In this document: in pieces, positions 9,103 through 22,032 of the stretch
Numbering within the stretch: the stretch's first letter is position 1
Layout of the letters: each line of letters begins with the position of its first letter
Source: an uncultured bacterium
Lineage (GTDB): Bacteria; Armatimonadota; Abditibacteriia; Abditibacteriales; Abditibacteriaceae
DNA length: 64,000 nt
Assembly (NCBI GenBank): GCA_963843795.1
Contig: CAWJLW010000006.1
Span: forward strand, 2,616,375-2,680,374
Direction: 5' to 3'
Made by a program: the position numbers and the translations under genes
Notes under the pieces: model-generated
Seen by the model: the letters and a program-made list of their open reading frames with translations, nothing else
Database searches by the model: none
Told to the model about the DNA's origin: nothing

Positions 9103-11264
9103 TTATTTCTTGCCAGCGGCTTCGCGACCTTTGCTCAAAATTTCTTCCGAAACGTGGCTCGGAACCGGTTCGTAATGGCTCGGCTCCATCGTGTATGTCG
9201 CGCGGCCTTGCGACAGCGTGCGCATCGTCGTGGCGTAGCCGAACATTTCGCTCAGCGGGACTTGCGCTTGCACGATTTGCGCGCCGCCCTTATCGGGACG
9301 CATTTCTTGAATACGACCGCGACGGCTGCTCAAGTCGCCGATGATGTCGCCCATGTTGGCTTCGGGCGTCACGACTTCAATCGACATGATCGGTTCCAAA
9401 ATCACCGGCTTGGCTTTGCGCGCGCCTTCAAGCGTGCCATTCAAGCCCGCGATTTCAAAAGTCATCGCGTTCGAGTCAACATCGTGGAACGAACCATGAA
9501 CCAGCTCAACGCGCACGTTTTGCAGCGGATAGCCTGCCAGAACGCCGCGCTCCATCGCAGCTTTGGCACCTTTTTCAACGCTGGCCCAGAATTCGCGAGG
9601 AACAACGCCGCCGACGACTTTCGACTGAAACTCGAAGTTTTTCTTCTTATCTTCTTCGCTTTCGCCTTCGGCGTGCTCAATCGGCATAACGTTCAGCACG
9701 ACGTGAGCGTATTGACCCGAACCACCAGTCTGCTTGACGTGCTTGTAGTCGACGCCCAGCGCGGGCTGCGTGATGGTTTCACGATACGCGACCTGCGGTT
9801 TGCCGATGTTGGCTTCAACCGTGAACTCGCGCTTCATGCGATCGACCATGATTTCCAGATGCAATTCGCCCATGCCGCCGATAATCGTCTGGCCGGTTTC
9901 GGCGATCGTTGCGAACGCGGAACGTCGGGTCTTCGGTCGCCAATTTCACCAGAGCGTCGGTCATCTTCTGCTCGTCGTTCTTGGTTTTCGGCTCAATGGC
10001 CTGGAAGATAACCGGCTCGGCGAAGTTGATGTTCTCCAGCAAAATCGGATTGTTTTCATCGCACATCGTGTCGCCGGTCACAGTTGTAGTCAAACCAACA
10101 GCGGCCACGATGTCGCCTGCTTCGGCGCTGATCGACATCTTCTTGCTTGTTGGCGTGCATCCGCAAAATGCGCGACACGCGCTCTTTCTTGCCTTTGCCC
10201 GAGTTCAAGATATAAGAACCCTTCTGCAAAGTGCCCGAATAAACGCGGAAGTAGGTCAAGCGACCGAACTTGTTCGACATGATTTTGAACGCCAGAGCCG
10301 CGAACGGCTCATCCGCCGAAACGCCGCGCGAAATCGCTTCGCCCGTATCGGGATCGGTGCCCATCACATTTGGCACGTCAATCGGCGAGGGCAGATATTC
10401 GATCACGGCGTCCAGCATCGGCTGCACGCCTTTGTTTTTATAGGATGAACCGCAAATGACCGGCATCATGTCGTTGCGCAAAGTTGCGCGACGAATCGCC
10501 GCTTTGATTTCGTCTTCGCTGGGCTCTTCGCCAGAAAAGAATTTTTCCATCAATTCGTCATCGGTTTCGGCGACTTTTTCGATCAAGGTCGCGCGAAACT
10601 CGGCGGCTTTTTCTTTCAAATCTTCGGGAATTTCGATGTATTGATAAGTCGAACCCAACTTGTCATCATCGTTGTAGATAACTCCCTTCATCTTGACTAG
10701 ATCGACGATGCCTTTGAGGTCGGCTTCGGCACCAATCGGCAATTGAATGGCGACAGCATTCGCGCCCAGACGTTCGGTGATCTGGCCAAAAACTTCGTAG
10801 AAGTTGGCGCCGTCGCGATCCATCTTGTTGATATAAGCGATGCGCGGCACGCCGTAGCGGTTGGCCTGACGCCACACCGTTTCCGACTGCGGCTGCACGC
10901 CACCAACGGCGCAGAAGACAGCGACCAAGCCATCCAAAACGCGCAGCGAACGCTCGACTTCAACGGTGAAGTCAACGTGGCCGGGCGTATCGATAATGTT
11001 GATGCGGTGCGTGGGAATGCGCTGTTTGGTTTTTTCATCAGCGACTTTTAAACCCCATTCGCACGACGTCGCAGCGGAAGTGATGGTGATGCCGCGCTCT
11101 TGTTCCTGCGCCATCCAGTCCATAGTGGCCGCACCTTCGTGGACTTCGCCGATGCGGTGAATGCGACCGGCGTAAAACAAAATGCGTTCGGTCGTCGTGG
11201 TTTTGCCGGCGTCGATGTGCGCGGCGATGCCGATATTGCGGGTGAGAGAAAGATCGTGAGACAT
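9103..11264 (-). CDS. fusA: Elongation factor G, split by two +1 frameshifts (~10130 and ~9905), probably sequencing errors
   Basis: [48 protein letters not shown]; the 2162-bp span minus 2 nt gives 720 codons in frame. Confidence 0.95.
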
Positions 11265-11539
11265 AGTTGCTCCTAAATTATCGCGGTGCGTGCCACTTTA
11301 AATAGCTCGTATCGCGATTTCAAATGTTTCGGTGAAAGCGAGTAATATACGCGAAAAAAGCCCCCGGGTTTCCCATTACCTTGCGCGTTCCCGTTATGAG
11401 AGAACGCGCGCAGAAGGAAAGCTTCCGAGGGCAGTATTCGACGGTGCGAATCGCGATCCGCGAGTATTTGCTGCGTGCGATTGCAACTGCAAGTACTTGC
11501 GGAACTGTCTTCGCTCCATTGTCGGTTGGCTTTGAGAAT

Positions 11540-12011
<472 letters not shown>

Positions 12012-12091
12012 ATTCTTTTCTCCGTAACCACTTCACATCTCAAAGCGCCCTGCAAGTACTTACGGGGCTATTGAAGCGTTTAATTTATTTA

Positions 12092-12517
12092 TTATTTCGC
12101 GGCGGCTTTAGGCTTTTTGGTGCCATATTTCGAGCGGCTGCGCTTGCGATCGGCAACGCCCGAACAGTCGAGAGCGCCACGCACGATTTTATATTTGATG
12201 CCGGGCATATCTTTAACACGACCACCGCGCACCAAGACCACGCTGTGTTCCTGCAAATTGTGCTTTTCGCCCGGGATGTAAGCGGTGATTTCTTTGCGGT
12301 TGCTCAAACGCACACGCGCTTTGGCGCGCAACGCCGAGTTGGGCTTTTTCGGCTTGTCGGTTTTTACCTGCAAGCACACGCCACGCATAAGCGGCGCGGC
12401 ATAATTGGTAGTCGGCGCGCCCTTGACACTGTTGAAAGCTTCCTTGAAAGCCGAAGTCGTGCTCTTTTTAGGTGCGGGCTTACGTCCTTTACGAATTAAC
12501 TGCGAAATTGTCGGCAT
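12092..12517 (-). CDS. rpsL: 30S ribosomal protein S12
   Basis: [48 protein letters not shown]. Confidence 0.97.
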   Translation of the reverse strand: MPTISQLIRKGRKPAPKKSTTSAFKEAFNSVKGAPTTNYAAPLMRGVCLQVKTDKPKKPNSALRAKARVRLSNRKEITAYIPGEKHNLQEHSVVLVRGGRVKDMPGIKYKIVRGALDCSGVADRKRSRSKYGTKKPKAAAK

Positions 12518-12664
12518 CCTGACTCCTGAGATTTTCCAAACGTCTGATTTCTAATTTATTTTCCAATCTCATCAAGTTCGGATGAGACCAAAGATGTTGA
12601 GACTAATTTTGTCACACGAAAAATCCCCCGCTGGAATGCGTCCAAACGAGGGACAACCGGAAAC

Positions 12665-12693
12665 ATTATAACAATTGAACGCACACCCTGCAA
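12665..12693 (-). promoter_or_regulatory. Sigma70-type promoter of the rpsL operon
   Basis: Minus strand TTGCAG (12693-12688), 17-bp spacer, TATAAT (12670-12665). Confidence 0.65.
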
Positions 12694-12745
12694 CCGATTT
12701 TTACCTCGCTGGCATCTGGAATTGCTCTACAAGTACTTCCAGTGG

Positions 12746-12786
12746 CAAAACGCGGGACGCATTCAGTGATTGCGTCCCGCGTTTTG
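12746..12786. terminator. Intrinsic terminator downstream of the large surface-protein gene
   Basis: CAAAACGCGGGACGCA-loop-TGCGTCCCGCGTTTTG inverted repeat with A/T tails. Confidence 0.75.
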
Positions 12787-12804
12787 TCACTGCCCACACT
12801 TTCT

Positions 12805-15800
12805 TTAACGAACGCGTAGCACGACGCGCAGGTTATTGACGAACGTTTTCACATAATAGCCTTTGCGCGGGGCTAAGAAGTTAGAAGCCACATACTGACC
12901 CGAACCGTCGTCGCTAAGTGTGACTGGAGGTGCATCGCTGATAAGACCAGCACCGGCGGCTTCGCGAATTGAATTAAAGACACGGCCATCGGGTGCGATA
13001 ACGCGTGAGCGATACCAGTCGACATTGCCATAACGCGGATCGAACGGCGAACCGATGGCATTGTAGCCGTTGTTGACATCGCGGCGGCTGGGATCGAGAT
13101 TCAACGTAATAGTGAATTCGGTCACCGGCGTAACGAAGCGGTCGCGGAAAGTGGGAGGTTCGCGCAGGCTAGTGCCGTCACTCAGCACACGCAGGAAGAG
13201 ACCTTCACCGCGCTTGATTTGCGAGTTGAGCGCCAGTTGCACATAGCTCTGCTTCAAGGCATCGTAGCGAAACAAGGTGAAAATTGGCGCGCCATTGGTA
13301 TCAAGAGTTTTGGTGAATGCCTTGGTCGGCGTTGTCGTGGCGCTGGTTGCTGTCGAATCAGAGAACGGAATCGTAATCTGATACGTATTGCCAGCCGTGT
13401 AAGTGTCAACCGCATTTCCAGTGGTTGGCGTTGGCGTCGGCGTGCCGCCTGGTGTGTTTCCGCCGCCACCAACCACAATGTTAATATTGGGCGCAGTGAT
13501 GTTGGTACTGGTTGCTGGCACTGTGACGGTGACAAAACCGCCATATTGCTGACCACTGATAGCAATCGTCGCTGTAATACGATAAGTGCCCGGTTGCACA
13601 TCGCGGAACGAGTAGACACCGCTGGCATTGGTCGTCGTACTTTGCAAATTGCCAATATTGCCCGTCAATTGCACTGTCGCATTGGCTACCGCCAGACCAG
13701 CGCGCAACACGCGACCAGAAATACCACTGCCCGCACCGGGCAATGCGATATCACCCAGATCGAGCGAGGTTCCAGCGGGCACCAAGATGAAGTCTCCAGC
13801 GGGCACATTCGGCGGCTGCGCGGCGTTGAAATTGGGGTCAGTTGGAATCACGCGACGACCGAAGTTCGCATTGGGTTGAATATCGGCGGTTGACAGTGCC
13901 GTAATTGATGCCCGAACCATCGGGAATATCGCCGCCCTGCGATACAAAGCCAACGCGCGGATTGAAGACGATCTCAACTCGCAAGTCGGACAATACATTG
14001 GAGAACGAGAAGTTGCCGAACGCATCGGTCTGCGTCAACAGCGCGAACGGACCACCCGAAGGGAAGTTGGTCGAAGGCGGAATGTTGGCATCAATCGAGC
14101 GCAGCAAAACTGGCACATTGGGCGCGACTTGCACTTCGGGATTGGCGTCGTCGTTCAAGTTGTTGGGCGTGCCGCGATCACTGATCGCGCGACCCGAAAT
14201 CGAACTGGGCGGCGTCGGATTGACACGAAAACTGATGCCATTGTTATCTTCTCCACCGAAAACGGTGAGGATAGTCGGAATATTCTGGTTGTAGAAATAG
14301 CCCGGATTCAGCGAACGGAACACACCGGCTTGAGTATCGAGATAGGCCGCTGGTGCCACGCGGTAAGCGAAGTCGCCCGCAGGAATGCCCAGGATCTCGA
14401 AGTTACCATTGAGATCGGTTCGAGTCAGGAACAAGCGATTGTTCTGACCTGGATCGGTAATTTGGACTAAGAAGTTGGGAATGGGCAAGTTGGTCGCCGC
14501 ATTGATGACGCGACCACTGATGCTACCAGTGCGCAGGTAGTTAGCCACGTTATTGGCAATTTTCGCGCGGTAATTGCGGCTATAGCGAAAGTTATCGGCA
14601 TCTACATATTCGCGGTTAATTTCTTCCAAACCAAACCCGAAGAACACAACGCGCGACTCGGCTCCGTTAGTACGATTGCGCTGTTCGACGCGCTGTGCTG
14701 CCAGACCACGACCATTTCCATAATTGTAGATAGGCGCAATGGTAGTATTGGTATCACCGTTAGCGGGTGCGATGATGTCAGGTAAGTTGTCGTTATCAGA
14801 AGCGTCGAAATATGTGTTGGCCGGGTCGTTTAAGGCAACGGATTGAAAGGGACGTGCAGGTTTTTGGGCGGATCAGGGAAATGTCTTACCGGGCAAGTCG
14901 CGATTGGCAATCGGTCCGTCATCTGTGCCCGCGATATCGAAGCCGAAGTTGCCCCCCACTAAAACATCAGCCGCACCAGTTTCGCCACCCCAGTTAGCTT
15001 TCAGTTCATCGGTAAGGAACGAGTTGGAAGCTGTGCCCGCGTTGGACAGGGCGAAAATAATATCTTGTCCGTTCATGAACAAGCGCCCGCCAATAGACAG
15101 GAACAGTTTCAAGTTGGATTGAGTTTGCACATCGAAAATCGAACCAGGTGCCGCCAGCACGCCACCCGTGTAGGGCGATGCCCAAACAATGGCAGTTGGT
15201 GCCACAGTGACCGGAATCAGCGGATCGGTGGGTAATGTTCCCGGAATCGGTGTCGCAGTCGGTGCTACGGTCGCTCCACTCGCGGTTGGCGTCGGTGTCG
15301 GCGTGGTATTGAAAACGCCGTTGACTCTGACCGGGAACTGCGCGGCGTTGGGGTCGATCTGCGTGGTAATTTGAGGTGCATACAAGCGCATAATGCTGGT
15401 CGGCACCGGGCCACGCGATAAAATACGCCACACATCGGTACTCGTCGAAGCACTACCGAAACTGGCCGAAGTGGGCGGAGAAAAAGTTGTCGTATCGGCG
15501 CGGCCATTGTTGGCAATTGCCAAGTCAGCTGGCGTAATTGGAGGGTCGGTGTCATTGAGATAGACGAAGCCGCCCGGGTTTTCCAGGTGATAGCTTTCTA
15601 CCGAAGGCAAACCCTCAATAGTTCCAGCAGCATTAACACTTGAGCGTCCGCTGGCATCAAAGCCATTGAGCAATTCCTCGGGGAACGCCTGACCCGAAGT
15701 GTAATCAGCGACGAAAAGCAAATTGGCCTGCTTGCGAAACGCCTGCGTCGAAAAACCATAAACCTGGTCATAGGTAATGGTGTTACCGAGCTTATCCGTC

Positions 15801-18142
15801 ACGGTCAGGTCAATGAAAAAATCGCCGGTTAAATTAGCGCCGGTTGCATCCTTGGCATCGAACGAACCTTGCACATAATATTGACCATCGCCCGCGATGG
15901 CATTGCTTTGACGTTCGTGACCACCCTTGGCAGGAGGACCATCGTCATAAACCGACATCGGAAGATCGGAAACCACAACTTGGGGCTGCTGCTCGACGGC
16001 AGTCGTGACACGAAGGCCATTGTTGACTTTAGTGGTCAGGCCGACAAAGCTCGGCTGGTCGGCGTCACGAATCGAAACGGTTGCTGAAGTTCCTGTAAAG
16101 GGATTGCCGGGAGGCTGCACGATAGGAACCGGGGTCGCAGTGGGCGCTGGGCCAGCGACCGGCGTTGCAGTCGGGACTGCAGTGGGCGTGGTGCCCGGTT
16201 CGCCCGTATTAAGACCGGTTTCCTGTTCAGAAATCACTGCGGCAATGATCAATTTGCCGCCAGGCGCCAAACCTTCTTCAAAAGTGCGCGGTGCAAAAAA
16301 CGGTGCCTGACGGCCCGGTGCCACAAAAGGAGTGCGCTGACTGCCTACGCCGACTGGCACCAGTAATGGCGGCGTAAAATCCTGCGCCTGTGTTGTCCAA
16401 ATATCGTGTGTGGCTGCCTCGCCGACGCCACCACCCGGATTAACAACCGGCGGAGTGGGGCTTTGCGCATTGTCTCCCGGACGACCCGCGCGAATGCGCT
16501 GTGAGGTAAAAGCAATCGGCGCAATGACCGCAGACGAATTACTGGAGCGTGCAAATGCCGGTTCGCGATCTGACGAGCGATCTTCTGTGATACCAGTTTT
16601 ATTTCCCGCAACCGAGCCTGCCGAAGAAAACAGGTTCGATTCAACGCGCGCCGGAACCGGATTTTGTGTACTGCCTTCAAAAGCGGGACGCGGCAAAGTC
16701 GGCGGGCTCAAAATCAAAACGGTACTGCGCGTTTCAATAGCCAGAGACCAAATGTTCAAATCGTTGAAACCGTCGGTCGAGTCAATGCGGCTGTTGCTTT
16801 GAAAAGCCAATTTTTCGGTGAATGGAGCGGAATTGAAACCGACTTGAAAATTACCGGTCGTTGAAGCCGAAGGATAATCGTCGGCATCATTCACCGTGCC
16901 ACCGCGCGCCAGAGGGTTGGTAATCTGCCGCTTGAATTGGCCAGTCGCCGAGTTCATAGCGAAAATGCGTCGTCCGGTCGTTAACACAGTTGTCTGTGTG
17001 GCTGTGCCCGAAACCGTTACATCGCGGTTCGAAGAAAAGAACATGATGCCCGCATTGACTTGCGAATAGCTGGGATGCCGGTCGTCGGTAAGGTTGCCAT
17101 CCACATCTTGCGGATCGGTCGGCGTGGGCGCGCTGGCCTGTTTGCCATCGGGATCGCCGGTCAAACGGCGCACCGAAAGTGCGTTGCCGTTGGGGTCAAT
17201 GGTGAAAATATCGAAGCGACCGCCCACGTTAGCTATCGCATCATTGTTGCGCCCCGGCGCTACATTGGAAGCAAAAGCGATACTGCCGCCATCGGGACTC
17301 CAGGACGGGTCTAACTTTTGACCTGGGAAAAAAGTGACTTGTGTCGGGGTTTGCGCCGTGCGTCCAATGAAGTTGGTGACAATCGACAACTGAGTGACCG
17401 AAGCCGAAAACACATCGACATAAGCCAGACGATTGCCATCGGGCGACCACGTCGGAGCGCGCTGATCGCGAGCCGCGTCTACACCAAAACCGGTGACCTG
17501 CTGGGCACGGGAGCCATCGCGACGCATGATCCAAATATGATATTTCTTGTTGGTGCTAAAGCCACGCGAATCCAAAACACCATCGCCGTTGGCATCAATG
17601 CCATTGGACGAAAACGCGATATAATCGGAAGTCGGCGGGCGATAAGTCGGTTCGCGCTCATCGCTGACCGTGTTGGGCGTCAGGTCAACTTCGGTCAAAG
17701 GAAACTGGCGCGCGGTGAAACTACTGCCGCTTCTGCTCACGCCGCGCAATGATGCCTGACGCGCACGACGCTGACCGTATTCGGCCACTAGCTGCGGCAA
17801 TTTGTCCCAATCCATTACCTGATGCGCCGCTGCTTTATTGACGTCCTTCGGCGCTGGCTTTGTAACAGCAGTGTCGCTTTTTTGCGCCAAGGCCCACCAA
17901 CTGCCGCCCACAACAAGCGCTACCAGACACGCTGCAAGTACTTGCGGATGCGCGTAAGCCGCACGACGCGCGCGCTGCGTGTTTTTCTGCGCACTCTCGC
18001 GTTTTTGAGCGACACCTTTACGAGCGCTGCTGTGATGAGTGCCCGTTGGAAGCGTGCGCGGTTGCGAAGTCGTATCTTCCTGAGCAGAAGGCGAAGCGCC
18101 CAGAAAAACTTGCTGCCAGAATCGGGAAAGACGGTCGTTCAT
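12805..18142 (-). CDS. Very large (~1,780 aa) membrane-anchored/secreted protein with PD40/TolB-like beta-propeller repeats and carboxypeptidase-regulatory-like beta-sandwich domains; broken by an in-frame TGA (14873-14875) and a +1 frameshift (~13890)
   Basis: PTWSPDG/PSWSPDG repeats, SISGRV..., P/T linkers; ORF-track pieces 14873-18253 and 13838-14647 share a frame; AAAGGA RBS before ATG 18142 (start uncertain). Confidence 0.75.
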
Positions 18143-18543
18143 AAATTTCCTTTGGCGAATCGTCCCAAAGCGGGATCGTCGCTTTCTCAATGAAGAAACA
18201 ACGCGCTCACTCATAAAGCAAACGCGCAAAAATTCAATAAAATCCAACGGCAATTCCGCAAGCGAAATCGCACCTAAAATTCTCGAATCCAGAACATTTT
18301 TGCCTTTATATTGACAAAAATTATGGACATCGTAGAAAATTTGGCGATTGGTTCGACAGTATAGCCGCCAAATTGTTCCATCTCAATCGCTGTGCGTTTC
18401 TTTTTTCCAAACCGTGTGCAAACTGTGTGATGCGCCGCGTTCAATCGAGCAGATTTGCACGCTGCCAAATGCACAACGCACCTGCAGGTACTTGCAGGTG
18501 CGTTTTTTAATTATTCTGTGTAGTCAGTTTGTTTGGCCACGAG

Positions 18544-19512
18544 TTACCAACCGCGTGTTGCCATGCGTTCGTCGTCTTTCATGGTGCGCACGTCCAGGCT
18601 GCCCATCGCTTCGCCCAAGTTCATTGAGGCTTCGATGAGCTTGTGCGGATCGTCGTAATAGGCAACAGCATCGACGATGGCGCGACCCCGTTCTTCGGGA
18701 TCGTTGCTTTTGAAAATTCCGCTACCTACGAAAACGGTTTGCGCGCCCAATTGCATCATCAGCGCGGCATCAGCAGGCGTCGCTACGCCACCGGCGGAAA
18801 AGTTTGGGACGGGCAATTGTCCGGTGCGCGCGACCTCGCACACCAGTTCATAAGGTGCACCCAGGTTTTTGGCTTCGGTCATCAATTCTTCAAAGGGCAC
18901 ATTTTGCAAACGCTTGATCGCGCCATGAACCGTGCGCAGATGACGCACCGCTTCGACGACGTTGCCGGTTCCGGCTTCGCCTTTGGTGCGAATCATCGCC
19001 GCGCCTTCGCCGATGCGCCGCAACGCTTCGCCCAAATCGCGACAGCCACACACGAACGGCACCTTGAAAGCATGCTTATCGATGTGATATTGCTCGTCGG
19101 CGGGCGTTAAAACTTCGCTTTCATCGATGAAATCGACTTCCAGAGCTTCCAAAATCTGCGCTTCGACAAAATGGCCGATGCGCACTTTGGCCATCACAGG
19201 AATCGTAACTGCGCTTTTGATTTCGCGAATTAGTTTCGGGCTGCTCATGCGCGCCACGCCGCCATCGCGCCGAATATCTGAAGGCACGCGTTCCAGCGCC
19301 ATCACGGCAATTGCGCCCGCTTGTTCGGCGATAATCGCTTGTTCGGGCGTGACAACGTCCATAATCACGCCGCCCTTGAGCATTTGCGCCAGCCCCACTT
19401 TGGTGGCAAAAGTCGCCTTGCGGTCATTGAGCGTAATTTCGCTGTTGGCGTTGGCTCCGTTGGCGTTGGCTCGGTTAGAATTGGGCGCGCCATTCAAATT
19501 TTGATTTTCCAT
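18544..19512 (-). CDS. pdxS: Pyridoxal 5'-phosphate synthase lyase subunit
   Basis: [62 protein letters not shown]. Confidence 0.97.
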   Translation of the reverse strand: MENQNLNGAPNSNRANANGANANSEITLNDRKATFATKVGLAQMLKGGVIMDVVTPEQAIIAEQAGAIAVMALERVPSDIRRDGGVARMSSPKLIREIKSAVTIPVMAKVRIGHFVEAQILEALEVDFIDESEVLTPADEQYHIDKHAFKVPFVCGCRDLGEALRRIGEGAAMIRTKGEAGTGNVVEAVRHLRTVHGAIKRLQNVPFEELMTEAKNLGAPYELVCEVARTGQLPVPNFSAGGVATPADAALMMQLGAQTVFVGSGIFKSNDPEERGRAIVDAVAYYDDPHKLIEASMNLGEAMGSLDVRTMKDDERMATRGW

Positions 19513-19764
19513 AACAATCTCCTCCATACGCAAATCCACACTGCGCAGAAACGATCTCAGAACGATTTCAATCCCTTGATTTTTACCGTTAGTTTTTCAT
19601 GAGAACTTCAGTCTAAACGCACAACAACAGCCCGCGCCGCACTTTTCAGTTGACACAGCGATTATAATCACCACATCGCCACGCCAAAACACGCCCGCAA
19701 GTAGTTGCAGCAGTACTTGCGGGCGTGTTGCTGACATGATAATTAGCGCTTCAGCACGATAATT

Positions 19765-21678
19765 TCAGCGCCAGTCGCCCTCATTCGATTCGCGAAAAGC
19801 GCGACGCCTGGCACGTAACTTTTCGGCAGGCCAGCGCAACGGCTTTGGCAGGGAAGGGCGCGCAACGCGCGGCTCCCAGCTCGGACTCCAATCATCGGCC
19901 CGCTGTTTTTCCCGCTTCGCTTCGGGTATTTGCACCGAAATCGGTTTTTTAATGATGGGCTTTTCAACTGGAGAGGAGAAAAGAATTGGTTCAGACACCG
20001 TAGCCGGTTCGGCAGCAAACGTTTGCGCAGCGGCGATTTGGGCAGCGAGCGGCTCGATGGCATTTGCGGTTTGTCGTTTGGCGCGCGCTTCCCACCCTCC
20101 CCAGTTCAAGTTTTCGACCACAATGAGATAAAAGCCAAACCACAGGAAAAGGGCATCGAACAGCGCCCAGAAATAGTTCACTGCCGCGCCATAGCCCGAA
20201 ACGGGGTTGTGCGAAAAACTAAAAACCAGACCAATCGAAAGAGCTGTCGCGATCACGATTTGCGGCTTGTAAACCGCCCAAGGTTTTTCGCGCTCGTACT
20301 TTTTGATTGTCACCACAAAGCCCAGACTGTGCTTGAACAGCGATGAGAAAAACGCGGCGGTGTAAGTTGGAAACGAAACCACATCCAGCACCAAACTTTT
20401 CACCGGATAGCGAAACATTTTCAAGAACAACACGAAGTTGCCCAGCATCATCGGTGCGTAAATCAAGGTCAAAAACCACAGATTGTTCGGTTTAATCAGC
20501 GACACGCCCAGAAACAAATATGGTAGCGGCGCCATCATCAAAATTAAATCGCGCAAACCAATGAGATAATAGGTCGCCGAAAGCAGATAATGCAATTTTT
20601 GTTTAAGCGTCAGCGGGCCGAAAAACAATTGTTTGAAATAACTTCCCGTAACGTCAAAATTGCCTTTGCTCCAGCGTTGCTGCTGCGTGAAATATTGTTT
20701 AAGCGAACTCGGCGCCGCGCCCAGTGCAAGTACTTGCGGCATGAAAACGCCGCGCCGTCCCTGCAAATGCAAGTTCAAAGAAGTCGCGTAATCCTCGGTA
20801 ATATAATGCGGATCGAAACCATTGACTGCATCCAGCGCGCTGCGGCGAATCGCGAAGTTGGTGCCGCATAAAAACAAGGCGTTATCGTGACCTTTGGCCG
20901 GACAAATATGATCGAAGAAAAAGATTTGATGCGCCGCTGCGGCTTTGGCCACCCAGGTTTCCTCGTTTTTGTAGCGTTGCGGGCTTTGCACCCAATCGAC
21001 ATCGTTTTCGACAAAAGGCTTGGTAATTTCGAGCAGAAATTCGGGTAAAGCGGCGAAATCGGAATCGAAAATAATATCCAGCGTGTTGTGCGCGTCCGGC
21101 GTCGGCGTTTGTTGCAGTGCGTTGTTGATGTTGCCCGATTTGAAATGGCCCGGCACCGACCTCGCGATATGTTCAGCGCCCAGTTCGGCGCACAGCGCTT
21201 CAATCTCCTGCCAGTTTTCCTTGCGCGCCACTTTGCCATCGTTGAGCACAAGTACTCGCGGCGGATGAAGTGGGTCGATTTCTTTCGTGTAAACGCGAGC
21301 CGTTTCCTGTGCCGCGAGAATAGTTTCGCGCACGATTTGCGCTGGTTCGCCACACACGCAAACAAATAAGTTGCAACGCAACTCTCGAGAACGATTGAGA
21401 TGGGGCCAGCTTTGATATTGGCGCGGCCACAGCGAATAAAACATCCCGTATAAATGCAAAATCGAATGCAATTCAGCCACAAAAAGCAGCAAGGCGAAAA
21501 CGATTAGCGCGGGCGTTGTATTGATGTAAGTAACGCGAAACACCAGATAAATCGTAAGCCACAGTGCGCCCAGCGTGGCAATCGCACCACGCATCCAACC
21601 ACGCCAGCGTAAAACACCTATTTTCGCTTGTGATGCCGATTGCGCGATGGCTTTTTGGCCATCAAAAGTTGCATTCAT
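19765..21678 (-). CDS. Processive GT2 glycosyltransferase, cellulose-synthase (BcsA)-like
   Basis: HFKSGNIN, FDSDF (DxD), VQSPQ, FLCGT, TED, QQQRW (QxxRW); TM helices on both sides; no PilZ motif seen; start uncertain. Confidence 0.88.
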   Translation of the reverse strand: MNATFDGQKAIAQSASQAKIGVLRWRGWMRGAIATLGALWLTIYLVFRVTYINTTPALIVFALLLFVAELHSILHLYGMFYSLWPRQYQSWPHLNRSRELRCNLFVCVCGEPAQIVRETILAAQETARVYTKEIDPLHPPRVLVLNDGKVARKENWQEIEALCAELGAEHIARSVPGHFKSGNINNALQQTPTPDAHNTLDIIFDSDFAALPEFLLEITKPFVENDVDWVQSPQRYKNEETWVAKAAAAHQIFFFDHICPAKGHDNALFLCGTNFAIRRSALDAVNGFDPHYITEDYATSLNLHLQGRRGVFMPQVLALGAAPSSLKQYFTQQQRWSKGNFDVTGSYFKQLFFGPLTLKQKLHYLLSATYYLIGLRDLILMMAPLPYLFLGVSLIKPNNLWFLTLIYAPMMLGNFVLFLKMFRYPVKSLVLDVVSFPTYTAAFFSSLFKHSLGFVVTIKKYEREKPWAVYKPQIVIATALSIGLVFSFSHNPVSGYGAAVNYFWALFDALFLWFGFYLIVVENLNWGGWEARAKRQTANAIEPLAAQIAAAQTFAAEPATVSEPILFSSPVEKPIIKKPISVQIPEAKREKQRADDWSPSWEPRVARPSLPKPLRWPAEKLRARRRAFRESNEGDWR

Positions 21679-21978
21679 AAATCTCTCAGTCCAAAGCGGA
21701 GTCGAACTTTGTTCCCTTACCTGCCAACGCGCTTTCAATCCTGAATTCGTCTTGAGCAAACTCAGCCAAAAACACCACGACAACAGAACATAATCCAAAA
21801 AGGTTCTTGCAACGCTTTCGCCAAGATACAGATTTCGATCATTCCGCCCTGATACTCTCATTGTAACTATCAATCATCGGCTTTTGTATGTTTCACGAAA
21901 TTATTTGGGAGACAGAGAAATTAGTTTTAATTATAATCCCAATATTCTATGTTTTTTGTCTAATTGGATTGACAAAAA

Positions 21979-22016
21979 AAATAGCGCCCCTGCAAGTACT
22001 TGCAGGGGCGCTATTT
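21979..22016. terminator. Palindrome-centred hairpin after the deacetylase gene
   Basis: AAATAGCGCCCC-core-GGGGCGCTATTT with an A tract on the left (U tract on the minus strand). Confidence 0.75.
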
Positions 22017-22032
22017 GAGATGGATTTGAATT

